64,000 bases of DNA. It comes from Patescibacteria group bacterium (GTDB lineage Bacteria > Patescibacteriota > Patescibacteriia > UM-FILTER-42-10). Both the position numbers and the translations under genes were made by a program. Below the pieces are notes generated by a model. That model saw only the letters and a program-made list of their open reading frames with translations, was not told where the DNA came from and searched no databases. The stretch covers positions 3,654 through 67,653 of the forward strand of contig JBAYGW010000005.1 of assembly GCA_041666485.1 (NCBI GenBank), read 5' to 3'. Positions 9,971 through 19,872 of the stretch are shown here, piece by piece (within the stretch, counting starts at the first letter, position 1; each line of letters opens with the position of its first letter).

Positions 9971-11245
9971 TTACTTTTTCCTTTTCTTATTATCCAAGGA
10001 TTCCATGAAATGCTCTATGATATCAACTGCCCGGTTGCCGTTACGGTATGAACGGATTGCTTTTTTGAATTTTTGCGCGTTCTTACGGTATTTATTGTGT
10101 TTTAATATTTTTTCAATCGCAAACCGGATTTCCGACGGTTTAACATCCAGAGCGTCTTTCAGCAGGGAATTCGGATTGACCCAGGTTGGTTTGATCGGAT
10201 TCAGGTTAATACCGCATTTCAGGCGTTCAATTCTTTTGGCGTTATACCACTGTCCGTAGTTATGCGGAATTACAATGCATGGCTTACCGTATTTCAAAGC
10301 CTGCATAACCGTGCCATGCCCGCCGTGATGAATGACAATATCACTGATCTCACATGCTCTCTGGCCGGGTAAATAGGTTTCCACCCACACATTTTTCGGT
10401 AGTTTGCCGATTTTCCTTTTATTGAAATTCGGTCCGAGACTGACAATCAACTGGTAGTCAGAATCCGTGATTGCTTCAACCGTATTATTGAACATATCCT
10501 GATTATAGATTGTTCCGCCAAGGGAAAGATAAATGATCGGCTTGTTTTTATTCAAGTCCTTAAACCAAGCCGGCTCTTTTTTTTCAAAACCCTTCCAGAG
10601 CAACGGGCCGACAAAATAAGCATCACTCGGCAGCGGAGAAAGCGAATTATATTCCGGAACATCCGCAACCAGTTTGAGATCCGCGTCGTACTGGGCATAA
10701 ACCGAAGCTTTAGCATACTGGTCGGATACTTTATGAAAAGGAACCTTCATCGCCTGGCGCGAAATAAAATTTACAAAAATCCAGCCGATAAAATAGTAAA
10801 ACTGGTTTAAAAGTTTCTTTTCGGAAAGATCCAGACCGTTTCCCTTCCAGAATTCTTTGAGGTAAATTGAATTGGCGATCGTAATCCACGGCACTTTTTT
10901 TATTCGGGTGGAGATACAGGCGGTAGTCCGCTTGTCAGAAATTACAACATCCGGTTTATATTTATCAATAATTGATAAATCTTCCTGCACGTAATTGGAA
11001 AGCAAATCCAAATATTCATTTTTCTGGGCAAATTTATACTCCTCCGCCACGTCAAAACTGGTTGATGGCGCCAGTGTATAAGTTCCGTAACCGGCTTTAC
11101 GCACAAAATTCCGCTTATCCATACTGACGGCAAAGCGGATATGATATTTAGACTTCGGCAACAGATCAGCAATCGCCAAACAACGGGTGATATGCGCCAA
11201 CCCGTCGGAGTGCGGAAGAAACAGAATTTTTTTTCTTTTGATCAT
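9971..11245 (-). CDS. GT-B fold glycosyltransferase (GT1/MGT-like)
   Basis: GLAHITR N-terminal motif; IYLSLGG, YLPG, HHGGHGTVMQALKYGKP. Confidence 0.88.
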   Translation of the reverse strand: MIKRKKILFLPHSDGLAHITRCLAIADLLPKSKYHIRFAVSMDKRNFVRKAGYGTYTLAPSTSFDVAEEYKFAQKNEYLDLLSNYVQEDLSIIDKYKPDVVISDKRTTACISTRIKKVPWITIANSIYLKEFWKGNGLDLSEKKLLNQFYYFIGWIFVNFISRQAMKVPFHKVSDQYAKASVYAQYDADLKLVADVPEYNSLSPLPSDAYFVGPLLWKGFEKKEPAWFKDLNKNKPIIYLSLGGTIYNQDMFNNTVEAITDSDYQLIVSLGPNFNKRKIGKLPKNVWVETYLPGQRACEISDIVIHHGGHGTVMQALKYGKPCIVIPHNYGQWYNAKRIERLKCGINLNPIKPTWVNPNSLLKDALDVKPSEIRFAIEKILKHNKYRKNAQKFKKAIRSYRNGNRAVDIIEHFMESLDNKKRKK

Positions 11246-11248
11246 TCT

Positions 11249-11866
11249 TTAATGTGAATAAGGTTTCCCGGATAATTTGGCTATTTCCTGCATAACTTCC
11301 CCGGTGGCCTTGTATAAAAGCTCTTTGGTAATTTCTTGATTATAATATTTGTCTAACGTAATCGGCTTGCCGACTTTAATCTTCGCTCTGCCGATCCCTT
11401 TGAAAAAATCTTTAAAAGACGCCTTAACAGTAGAGCCGCGCGGGCCGTCAATCCCGACCGGCACAACCGGTACCCTGTTAATGATGGCTAGTCTGGCCAC
11501 GCCGGTTTTACCTTTTGCTAATTCTCTATCAGGATTAGCTTTGCCTTCAGGAAATATACCAACAACTTCGCCTCTTTTCAATACCCCGTCTAGTTTTTCC
11601 AGGGCGCCTGCGCGATTTTCCGGATCAATCGGTACCGCGTCAAAAATCCGGTAATTCCCCGTCTTCGCAATAAAATTGATATGCCGGTTGATTGTTTTTA
11701 TTACCGGCGCCAGCAGAATATATTGGTCAAAATAACTGACATGATTTGCGGCAATTATAAAAGCACCGCTCTGCGGAATGTTTTCACAACCCTCGGGCTT
11801 TTTGGTAAGCAAATTAGTAAAAAAATATATCGGTCTGACAAACCAGGAATTAAGTCGTATTTTCAT
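11249..11866 (-). CDS. Lysophospholipid acyltransferase (PlsC family)
   Basis: NHVSYFD, FIAK, IFPEG, VPVVPV motifs. Confidence 0.9.
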   Translation of the reverse strand: MKIRLNSWFVRPIYFFTNLLTKKPEGCENIPQSGAFIIAANHVSYFDQYILLAPVIKTINRHINFIAKTGNYRIFDAVPIDPENRAGALEKLDGVLKRGEVVGIFPEGKANPDRELAKGKTGVARLAIINRVPVVPVGIDGPRGSTVKASFKDFFKGIGRAKIKVGKPITLDKYYNQEITKELLYKATGEVMQEIAKLSGKPYSH

Positions 11867-11868
11867 AT

Positions 11869-12987
11869 TTACAGTTTTAAAGATTTTCTGCGGATATAGA
11901 CACTCTCAACGATACCAATTGAAAGTAAGCTCATCATCAGCGAACTTCCTCCGGCGCTGATGAATGGCAGAGGCAATCCGGCGACCGGTGCCAAACCCAG
12001 ATTCATCCCGATATTAATGAACATCTGTACCACAATCATTACCATAATCCCCCAGGCCGCGTAAATGCCGAAATCATCCTGCGCAACCCGGATAATTCTG
12101 ATAATCCGCCAAAATAAAAGCCCAAATATGGAAATTACGAAAAAAACGCCAATAAATCCCAGCTCTTCTGCAATCACGGCAAAAACAAAATCCGTTTCTT
12201 TTGCCGGCAAGAAATTTAAACGGCTCTGCGGGCCGAGCGAAAGACCCCTACCCCAAAACTGGCCGGAACCGATGGAAATAATGGACTGACTGACATTATA
12301 GCCCTGCTTCAGCGGGTCGCGCGTCGGTTGAACAAAATTGAGCACACGTTCTTTCTGGTAATCAGCCAGGAAAAACCAGCTGACAAACATCACCAAAAGC
12401 ATTGTACCCAGGATAATCAGGATGTGCGACTTTTTGATCCTGGTCAGCCAGGTCATCCCCGCCCAGATTGAAATAAAAATAATTGCGGATCCTAAATCCG
12501 GCTGCATCAGTACCAGCAATACCGGCAGGGCGATGAATGATGCGCTGATCAAAACGTTTTTGAAAGTAAACGGCTCGGATGCCTTATGCGCCAGGTATCG
12601 GGCCAGAAAAATAATCATCAGTATTTTTACAATTTCTACCGGCTGAAAAACCTGTCCAAAAAAAGAATACCAGCCTTTGGTACCGCGCACCGTAATACCG
12701 AAAAATAGCACCCCCAATAAAAGTGACACCCCCACCCAATAAATAATATTGGCATACCCCCTCAAAAACCGGTAATCAAAAAAGGCCAGGCTGAATAAGA
12801 AAATTATTCCCAGGCCAAAAGCCACTGACTGCGTGATCAACAAACTGAACGATCCGCCTTCCTGATTGACTGAAATGCTGTAAATAGCCAGCAACCCGAA
12901 CAGCACCAGAATGGTTACAATAATAAACAGGATCCAGTCAAACTTTTTAAATTGAGATAAGTATTTATCAAATATCATACCGATCAA
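11869..12987 (-). CDS. rodA: SEDS peptidoglycan glycosyltransferase RodA
   Basis: FQPVE, QPDLGS, YQKERV, TDFVFAVIAEELG, LPFISAGGSS. Confidence 0.92.
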   Translation of the reverse strand: MIGMIFDKYLSQFKKFDWILFIIVTILVLFGLLAIYSISVNQEGGSFSLLITQSVAFGLGIIFLFSLAFFDYRFLRGYANIIYWVGVSLLLGVLFFGITVRGTKGWYSFFGQVFQPVEIVKILMIIFLARYLAHKASEPFTFKNVLISASFIALPVLLVLMQPDLGSAIIFISIWAGMTWLTRIKKSHILIILGTMLLVMFVSWFFLADYQKERVLNFVQPTRDPLKQGYNVSQSIISIGSGQFWGRGLSLGPQSRLNFLPAKETDFVFAVIAEELGFIGVFFVISIFGLLFWRIIRIIRVAQDDFGIYAAWGIMVMIVVQMFINIGMNLGLAPVAGLPLPFISAGGSSLMMSLLSIGIVESVYIRRKSLKL

Positions 12988-13004
12988 AAGAAATAAATCA
13001 AACT

Positions 13005-13862
13005 CTAGAATTCATCCGGTGAATACAACATACCCGGGTCATAGGCGTTTACTTCCGGCACAATCTTAACATTGGTAATTGACCGGTATTCGTCACTCCA
13101 GGAGATCCCCAGCTCTTTTGAAGCAAGCGCGCCGAACCGGTCAAATTTTATTTCATTGATTGCAACCGGCCGGTCACCGCTGTACAGTACTACCTGAAAA
13201 TTTACCTGCCAGAAATTATAGACTGTATTATTTTTAATATTTGCACTGGCTCTGGTGGAAAACGAGGTATAAGTGCCGCGCTCGCCCTGAATCGGGAGAT
13301 AATCTACTTTTGCATTATTTATTTCAAAATTAAGCGCGGGCTTTTCTTGCGGGAACTCAATCCTCTGCCACCCCGGATTATCTATAACCAACTTAGCAGC
13401 CGGCTTTTGCGCCGAGCTCTTTACCGAATACTTAAAAATAAACCGCTCCTCCTGCGGCAATAAAAAGGTATCGCCGGAATCCAGGTCAACTCCGTCCAAA
13501 ACAAAATGATACTGCAAATTACTTGCCATCCATTTTGCGTTTGGATTTTTCACATCGGCCACCAAATGGTAGGTTTGCGTCTGGCCGGGAACCGGTACTA
13601 ACTCTGTATTGACCACCTGAATATTCTGCGGTGCATTCGCCTGTTGGTATGCCTTAAAATCTATATATGTCTGACTAATTTGACTAGGTATCGCAACATA
13701 TCTACTCCACGTATAAAGCAGGATGACAGAGGTAAACAGGATGTACAAAAAAACCAGTAAATCCGCCACGGCTAGCAAAATGACCCACCACTTTTTCAGC
13801 TGGTAACGGTGGGTAACCCACCAAATGCTTATTTTAAGTTGTTTATCGCTGTATTCCGGCAT
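13005..13862 (-). CDS. Hypothetical membrane-anchored protein with beta-rich extracellular domains
   Basis: Single N-terminal TM, then two beta-rich repeats (VKNPN / IKNNT). Confidence 0.7.
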   Translation of the reverse strand: MPEYSDKQLKISIWWVTHRYQLKKWWVILLAVADLLVFLYILFTSVILLYTWSRYVAIPSQISQTYIDFKAYQQANAPQNIQVVNTELVPVPGQTQTYHLVADVKNPNAKWMASNLQYHFVLDGVDLDSGDTFLLPQEERFIFKYSVKSSAQKPAAKLVIDNPGWQRIEFPQEKPALNFEINNAKVDYLPIQGERGTYTSFSTRASANIKNNTVYNFWQVNFQVVLYSGDRPVAINEIKFDRFGALASKELGISWSDEYRSITNVKIVPEVNAYDPGMLYSPDEF

Positions 13863-13979
13863 AGATTATTCGTTGATATAAAAATACCATAAAAGGGCAA
13901 AAAGATGAAGCTTATTCATGTACTGTGCAAGATATGATATACTACATACGTTATCAATCTAATACTTCAATTTAAAAAT

Positions 13980-14321
13980 ATGTTTGACACCAGTAAGGAT
14001 ATATTATTTCTCGTCATTGCACTCTGTGTGTTTGTTGTTACAGTATTTTCCGTCTGGATTTTATATTACATTGCACAAATATTGAAATCTTCAAAAGAGA
14101 TGGTGGAAGAGATAAAGAATAAAGTGGAAGAGTTCGGCAACATACTGAATTTGCTTAAAGATAAAATCACCCATTCAACCACCATGCTGACAACGGTGGT
14201 AAAAGGGGTAACTGATTTATTGAATATGTTCAAAGGCAGAAGTTTCAGAAAAAAGGATAATGATGAAGAAGCATACGAAGAAGAGGAAGTTTCAGAAAAA
14301 CCACGCCGCAAAAAGAAATAA
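13980..14321 (+). CDS. Hypothetical TM plus coiled-coil protein
   Basis: 113 aa; promoter-like TGATATACT upstream and terminator downstream. Confidence 0.7.
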   Translation: MFDTSKDILFLVIALCVFVVTVFSVWILYYIAQILKSSKEMVEEIKNKVEEFGNILNLLKDKITHSTTMLTTVVKGVTDLLNMFKGRSFRKKDNDEEAYEEEEVSEKPRRKKK

Positions 14322-14340
14322 CTCTCAATCGGAAATTATA

Positions 14341-14368
14341 AGCCCTCACAAATACAGAGGGCTTTTTG
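14341..14368 (+). terminator. Rho-independent terminator
   Basis: AGCCCTC-9 nt-GAGGGCT followed by TTTT. Confidence 0.75.
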
Positions 14369-14431
14369 TTGCATTGATCAGGTCGGGGGAAAAGTGTTAT
14401 AATTTACAACTGAATTAACAAAACATCCAGC

Positions 14432-17400
14432 ATGAGTTTCGTCCATCTCCACACGCACAGCCATTACAGTCTGCTCGACGGACTGCCGAAAATCGGCGAT
14501 TTGGTTGCTAAGGCAAAAAAGCTGAATATGAACGCCCTGGCTTTGACCGACCATGGAGTTTTGTATGGTGCGATTGAATTTTTTCAAAAAGCGACGGAGG
14601 CCGGAATCAAACCGATAATCGGCGTGGAAGCCTATGTGGCAAAAAACGGAATGTACAACAAAAGATCCCGGGTTGATGACCGGCCGTACCATCTGATCCT
14701 GCTGGCCAAAAACCAGACCGGTTATCAGAATCTGCTGTCGCTTGTTACCAAAGCTCATCTGGAAGGATTTTATTACAAACCGCGCATTGACTGGGAGTTA
14801 CTGCAAAAACACTCCAAAGGCTTGATTGCCATGACCGCCTGTTTGCAGGGAGAGATACCGTCCGCGATCAGAAACAGCGATTTGAAACACGCCGAGGAAT
14901 TGATTAAAAACTATGCTTATTTGTTCGGTGAAGGAAATTTTTATCTGGAGCTGCAGCATCATCCCAGTATTGAACAGCAACAGCGTGTGAATGATGCACT
15001 GATTGGTCTGGGTAAAAAATTGAACGTCCCGCTGGTCGCAACCAATGACGTGCATTATCTGGAACCGGCGGATGCCTATCCGCAGGATGTGCTTTTGTGC
15101 ATCCAAATGAAAAGAAAGCAGGAAGAAACGGACCGGATTTCCTATGTCGGGGAAGATTTTTCCTTAAAGACACTAGAACAAATGGCCAGGGATTTCAGCC
15201 ACGTCCCGGAAGCGATAGAAAATACAGTTAAAATTGCCGAGAAGTGCAATTTGGACATTGAGTTCGGTAAAATAATGCTCCCGCATTTTGAAACGCCGAA
15301 GGAGAAAAATGCCGACGAATATTTACGGGAGCTCTGCTACCAAGGGATTAGCAAAAGATTCGGTATAAATATTCCGTCCGACCCGGCAAAACAGAATATT
15401 AATGATGACGAAACAAAAAAGATAATTGACCGCCTGGAATATGAATTAACGGTAATTCACAAAACTGGATTCGCCTCGTATTTTTTGATTGTGCAGGATT
15501 TTGTTAACTGGGCAAAAAGCAACAAAATCGTGGTTGGTCCGGGCAGAGGCTCCGCCGCCGGCAGTATTGTTTCCTATGTATTAAATATAACAAACCTTGA
15601 TCCCCTGCACTACGAGCTGATGTTTGAAAGATTTCTAAATCCCGAAAGAATTTCAATGCCTGATATTGATATTGATTTTGCCGATTCCCGCCGGAACGAA
15701 GTTATTACTTACGTGGAAGAAAAGTACGGCAAGGATCATGTGGCACAGATCATCACTTTCGGAACTATGGCCGCGAGAGCTGCCATCCGCGATGTCGGCA
15801 GAGTACAGGGACTGCCCTACAATTTTTGCGACCAAGTGGCAAAAATGATTCCGATGTTCATGACGCTGGATGATGCACTGAAAGCCGTACCGGAACTGAA
15901 AAGCTTGTACAGCACTGATCCGGAAGCAAAGAAGCTGATTGATACGGCCAAAAAACTGGAAGGTGTCGCCCGACATACCTCCACCCATGCCTGCGGAATT
16001 GTGATTGCTCCGGATCCGCTGGAGATGCATGTACCGACTCAATATGCCAGTCAGGATGACAAAACGATCATCACCCAGTATTCGCTGAACCCGATTGAGG
16101 ATCTGGGTCTTTTGAAAATGGACTTCCTCGGACTGAAGAACCTGACGATTCTGGAGAATGCCTTGGATATTATTTTTAAAACAACCGGTGAAGAAATAGA
16201 CATTGATAAAATTCCGCTGGATGACAAAAATGCTTTTAAGCTGTTCCAGAAGGGCGATACAATCGGTGTATTCCAGCTGGAAAGTTCCGGTATGACCCGT
16301 TACCTGAAGGAACTGAAACCGACTGATCTTGAAGACATCATCGCAATGGTTTCACTGTACCGGCCGGGACCGATGGAACTGATTCCGGATTATATTGCCG
16401 GCAAGCGCGGAAAGAAAAAAATTTCCTATCTCCATCCGAAACTGGAACCAATTTTAAATAAAACGTACGGCATTGCCGTTTATCAGGAACAGATTCTGCA
16501 GATTGCCCGCGATTTGTGCGGTTTCACATTGGGAGAAGCCGACATTCTGCGTAAGGCAATCGGTAAAAAAATCCGTTCTCTGCTGATGGAACAGCGGGAA
16601 AAATTTGTCCAGGGAGCAATCAATAACGGCATCCAGAAGCGCATCGCGGAAAAGCTGTTTGATTTCGTTGAGCCATTCGCCGAATACGGGTTTAACCGGT
16701 CCCATGCCGCCTGTTACGCAATGATCGCCTACCAGACAGCATACCTGAAAGCCAACTGGCCGGCTCAATTTCTGGCCGCACTTTTGACCGCTGACTACGG
16801 CAACACCGACCGGATTGCCGTGGAAGTTGCGGAAACAAAAAAACACGGTATTGAAGTTGTACCGCCGGATGTTAATGAAAGTTTTTCCACTTTTACCGTA
16901 GTTAAAGAAAGCCTGGACACCGAACAGCCGCGCATTCGTTTCGGACTGATGGCTATAAAGAATATCGGCACCAATATTGTCCGCACCATCATTGATGAAA
17001 GAAAAAAAGACGGTAAATATCAAAACCTGGAGGATTTTCTGAGACGCGTGCAAACAAAGGATTTAAACAAAAAGTCGCTGGAGAGTCTGATTAAGTGCGG
17101 AGCCATGGATGATTTCGGTAACCGCCAGACACTCCTGGATAATTTGGAATCAATATTAATCTACGCCAAAAACAGCCAGCGGGAAAGACTGAACGGCCAG
17201 ACCAACCTCTTCGGTATGCTGCCCGCTGAACACAGCCCGAAGCTGCGATTAACCGAATCAGAACCGGTGGATAAAAAAACAAGACTGGGTTGGGAAAAAC
17301 AGCTGCTGGGAATGTACATTTCAGAGCACCCGCTGGATGATTACCGGGAACAGCTGGAAAAATTGACCAGCCCGATCAATACACTAAGTAAAGGACTGAA

Positions 17401-17902
17401 AAGAAATATCACCGTCGGCGGAATAATAACTTCAATCAAAAAAATAATTACAAAAACTAACGAACAGATGCTTTTTGTCACCCTGGAAGATCTGACCGGA
17501 GCGGTAGAAATTATTGTATTCCCTTCCACGCTGAAGGATAATCATGAAATCTGGGCAGAAGATAAAATGCTGCTGGTTACGGGAAAAGTAAATACCAAAG
17601 AAGGCATTCCGAAATTAATCTGCGAAAAAGTAAAAGAGTTTGACGGACAAGCAAATTACGGTAAACCGGAAGTAGCGGAAAAGAAAATTCATGTTGAAAT
17701 TGCTAATTTGGAAAAAGAGACGCTGGACAAATTGAAAATAATTTTTGAAAATAATCCGGGTGAATACAAAGTTTTTCTGGCATGGAAAAATGGCGGCAGC
17801 CCTAAAATTATTTCAACCAAAACCGCAATCAGTATCAGTGATGAAACAGTGGCTGAAATTGAAACTATCGTCGGTAGCGGTGCGGTAAAAATATCAGACT
17901 AG
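14432..17902 (+). CDS. dnaE: DNA polymerase III alpha subunit
   Basis: PHP HLHTHSHYSLLDG, GPGRGSAAGS, FERFLNPERISMPDIDIDF, YGFNRSHA; no intein seen. Confidence 0.99.
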   Translation: MSFVHLHTHSHYSLLDGLPKIGDLVAKAKKLNMNALALTDHGVLYGAIEFFQKATEAGIKPIIGVEAYVAKNGMYNKRSRVDDRPYHLILLAKNQTGYQNLLSLVTKAHLEGFYYKPRIDWELLQKHSKGLIAMTACLQGEIPSAIRNSDLKHAEELIKNYAYLFGEGNFYLELQHHPSIEQQQRVNDALIGLGKKLNVPLVATNDVHYLEPADAYPQDVLLCIQMKRKQEETDRISYVGEDFSLKTLEQMARDFSHVPEAIENTVKIAEKCNLDIEFGKIMLPHFETPKEKNADEYLRELCYQGISKRFGINIPSDPAKQNINDDETKKIIDRLEYELTVIHKTGFASYFLIVQDFVNWAKSNKIVVGPGRGSAAGSIVSYVLNITNLDPLHYELMFERFLNPERISMPDIDIDFADSRRNEVITYVEEKYGKDHVAQIITFGTMAARAAIRDVGRVQGLPYNFCDQVAKMIPMFMTLDDALKAVPELKSLYSTDPEAKKLIDTAKKLEGVARHTSTHACGIVIAPDPLEMHVPTQYASQDDKTIITQYSLNPIEDLGLLKMDFLGLKNLTILENALDIIFKTTGEEIDIDKIPLDDKNAFKLFQKGDTIGVFQLESSGMTRYLKELKPTDLEDIIAMVSLYRPGPMELIPDYIAGKRGKKKISYLHPKLEPILNKTYGIAVYQEQILQIARDLCGFTLGEADILRKAIGKKIRSLLMEQREKFVQGAINNGIQKRIAEKLFDFVEPFAEYGFNRSHAACYAMIAYQTAYLKANWPAQFLAALLTADYGNTDRIAVEVAETKKHGIEVVPPDVNESFSTFTVVKESLDTEQPRIRFGLMAIKNIGTNIVRTIIDERKKDGKYQNLEDFLRRVQTKDLNKKSLESLIKCGAMDDFGNRQTLLDNLESILIYAKNSQRERLNGQTNLFGMLPAEHSPKLRLTESEPVDKKTRLGWEKQLLGMYISEHPLDDYREQLEKLTSPINTLSKGLKRNITVGGIITSIKKIITKTNEQMLFVTLEDLTGAVEIIVFPSTLKDNHEIWAEDKMLLVTGKVNTKEGIPKLICEKVKEFDGQANYGKPEVAEKKIHVEIANLEKETLDKLKIIFENNPGEYKVFLAWKNGGSPKIISTKTAISISDETVAEIETIVGSGAVKISD

Positions 17903-17971
17903 CGGTACTCTTCCGATAAAATCGGAATTTTGGTATGATAAGGGTGGAAAATAACCATCCTTTTTAAGTAT

Positions 17972-19129
17972 ATGCCGGCAATTAAAAAAGCAAAAATAGG
18001 AAAACGCTATTCAAAAATGGCTGTGCTGTTTCTCGGCGTGGCTTTGGTTGCGGTCGTCGCTATTGTATATGTATCGCTCGCCAAAACAGTAATCACGATT
18101 ACGCCCAGTCCGGAAGCGGTCAGTATTTCCTTTGATTTACCTTTAACCGCCGGAACAAATCAGTCTGAAAGCACGTCATATTCCCTAACAGGGCGGTTAG
18201 TGGAAAAACAGATCAAGGAAACCAAGACATTTACCAATGTAACCAGTCAAAGCAAAGTGCAGGGCAAAGCAGAAGGCGTGGTTACAATCTACAATAATTA
18301 TGGAAGCAACCAGCCGTTAACCGCAACCACCCGTCTGCTTTCGGAAGACAATGTTCTGTTCCGAACCAAAGAAACAGTGACGGTCCCGGCAGGAGGACAG
18401 GTTGAGGTTGCTGTGGAAGCGGATCAGGCTAGCGAGGCGGGCAATATCGGTCCTTCCCGATTTACGATCGTCGCGCTTTGGAAAGGACTGCAGGACAAAA
18501 TTTATGCCGAAAGCTCGGACGCAATGTCTAACGGCCTCCGTGACGTAACAGTCGCAACGCTGGAAAATATCAATGACGCCAAGGAACAATTTGCGATTGA
18601 ATTGAAGGAAAAAGCGACGGAAGAATTATCCCGGGAAGTGGCAATTAATAATTCATCGGAAAAAATTCTGCCACAGGCAGTTACTTACCAAATCTTAGAG
18701 GAAGATGCCGATGTTGAACCAGATACCGAAGTGAATTCATTTGATATAACCAGTAAAATAAATGTCATCGCCGCGGTATTTGATGAAACCGAATTATTCA
18801 ACCACACCAAACAACTGCTCTCTGAGAGAGTACCGGCAAACAAAGAACTGGCCGGCACGGAAATTAGCCTTTTACAATACGAAATAAAATCTTACGACCT
18901 GGAAAATCAAACTGCTGTTTTGGATGTATCGCTAAACGGAACTACCTATGTTAAATTGACCAGTCCGATTTTTGACCGCGATAATCTTTTAAACCGTGAT
19001 AAGCAGGAAATCAAAACATATTTTCTGGATTTTCCGGAAATTCAAAATGTGGATGTGAAATTTTCTCCGTTTTGGGTGTTCCGCTCCCCTTCCTTGAAAG
19101 ATCATATTGAAATCGTAATTACCAAATAG
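17972..19129 (+). CDS. Membrane-anchored protein with baseplate J/gp47-like domain
   Basis: N-terminal TM; A.GVVTIYN...QPL...TR...FRT...VTVPA...V.A...G.AGNI pattern. Confidence 0.6.
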   Translation: MPAIKKAKIGKRYSKMAVLFLGVALVAVVAIVYVSLAKTVITITPSPEAVSISFDLPLTAGTNQSESTSYSLTGRLVEKQIKETKTFTNVTSQSKVQGKAEGVVTIYNNYGSNQPLTATTRLLSEDNVLFRTKETVTVPAGGQVEVAVEADQASEAGNIGPSRFTIVALWKGLQDKIYAESSDAMSNGLRDVTVATLENINDAKEQFAIELKEKATEELSREVAINNSSEKILPQAVTYQILEEDADVEPDTEVNSFDITSKINVIAAVFDETELFNHTKQLLSERVPANKELAGTEISLLQYEIKSYDLENQTAVLDVSLNGTTYVKLTSPIFDRDNLLNRDKQEIKTYFLDFPEIQNVDVKFSPFWVFRSPSLKDHIEIVITK

Positions 19130-19142
19130 CTCTGTCACATAT

Positions 19143-19171
19143 TTGACAATCAGCCTGTTTTGGCATATCTT
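19143..19171 (+). promoter_or_regulatory. Sigma70-type promoter of the T-box/NUDIX/thrS unit
   Basis: TTGACA-17 nt-TATCTT about 12 nt upstream of stem I. Confidence 0.7.
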
Positions 19172-19182
19172 TAATCTACTTT

Positions 19183-19364
19183 CAAGCGATTGAGAAAGCC
19201 GACCAACTTTCTTCTCTCTAATCTGGAGAGGTGGATAAAACCGCTAAGCTTGCAAGCAAATCTATATAAAAGCGCCTAATTCTTGTATTATTACACTTAG
19301 GAATATGGGTGGAACCGTCCCGCAAAATCCGGGACCCCAAACACAATTAGTTGTTTGGTTTTTT
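19183..19364 (+). ncRNA. T-box riboswitch (Thr, ACC specifier), transcriptional
   Basis: Antiterminator GGG-UGGAACC-GUCCCG/CGGGAC-CCC (19307-19338); overlapping terminator CCAAACA/UGUUUGG-U6; ACC at 19240-19242; thrS downstream. Confidence 0.85.
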
Positions 19365-19378
19365 AATTTTTAAATCTT

Positions 19379-19867
19379 ATGAAAGAATTATCACATTTCT
19401 GCGTAACTGACGTTTTTCTCGAAAATGAATTTGAGGAAGTTCTGATGTTGAAACGCAGTAAAAAGAAAAAGATCTTGCCAAATTTATACAATGGCCTGGG
19501 AGGTAAGATTGATAATGGTGAAACACCACTTCAGGCAATCCAAAGAGAAGCAAAGGAAGAAGCCGGAGTTATTTCAATGGAAAATTTACAGTACAGAGCG
19601 AATCTGTCTGTAAAAGATAAATTCGGATTTTGGCAGATATATATTTTTTACGGCAATGTCTACAAGAAAAATATAATTATTAAGGAAGTTGACGAAGGGA
19701 CATTGGAGTGGATACCAAAGAATAAATTACTTGACTATCAACTTGTCCCCGATTTGAATAACTGGTTACCAAAGATGTTCGCAAATCCAGAGGCCTTCCA
19801 ATTTGTAAAAATTGAATATGATGATAAATATAATTTAAAAAAAATAATGATTACACCATTAACTTAA
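19379..19867 (+). CDS. NUDIX hydrolase (MutT-like)
   Basis: GGKIDNGETPLQAIQREAKEEAG Nudix box; EGTLEWI. Confidence 0.92.
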   Translation: MKELSHFCVTDVFLENEFEEVLMLKRSKKKKILPNLYNGLGGKIDNGETPLQAIQREAKEEAGVISMENLQYRANLSVKDKFGFWQIYIFYGNVYKKNIIIKEVDEGTLEWIPKNKLLDYQLVPDLNNWLPKMFANPEAFQFVKIEYDDKYNLKKIMITPLT

Positions 19868-19872
19868 ATAAT

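Noticed and set aside
14432-17902. Intein or intron in dnaE, gyrB or thyA
   Set aside because: Lengths are normal, frames are continuous and no splice motifs were seen.
17972-19129. Prophage suggested by the baseplate-like domain
   Set aside because: No other phage genes; the protein is TM-anchored and in housekeeping context.
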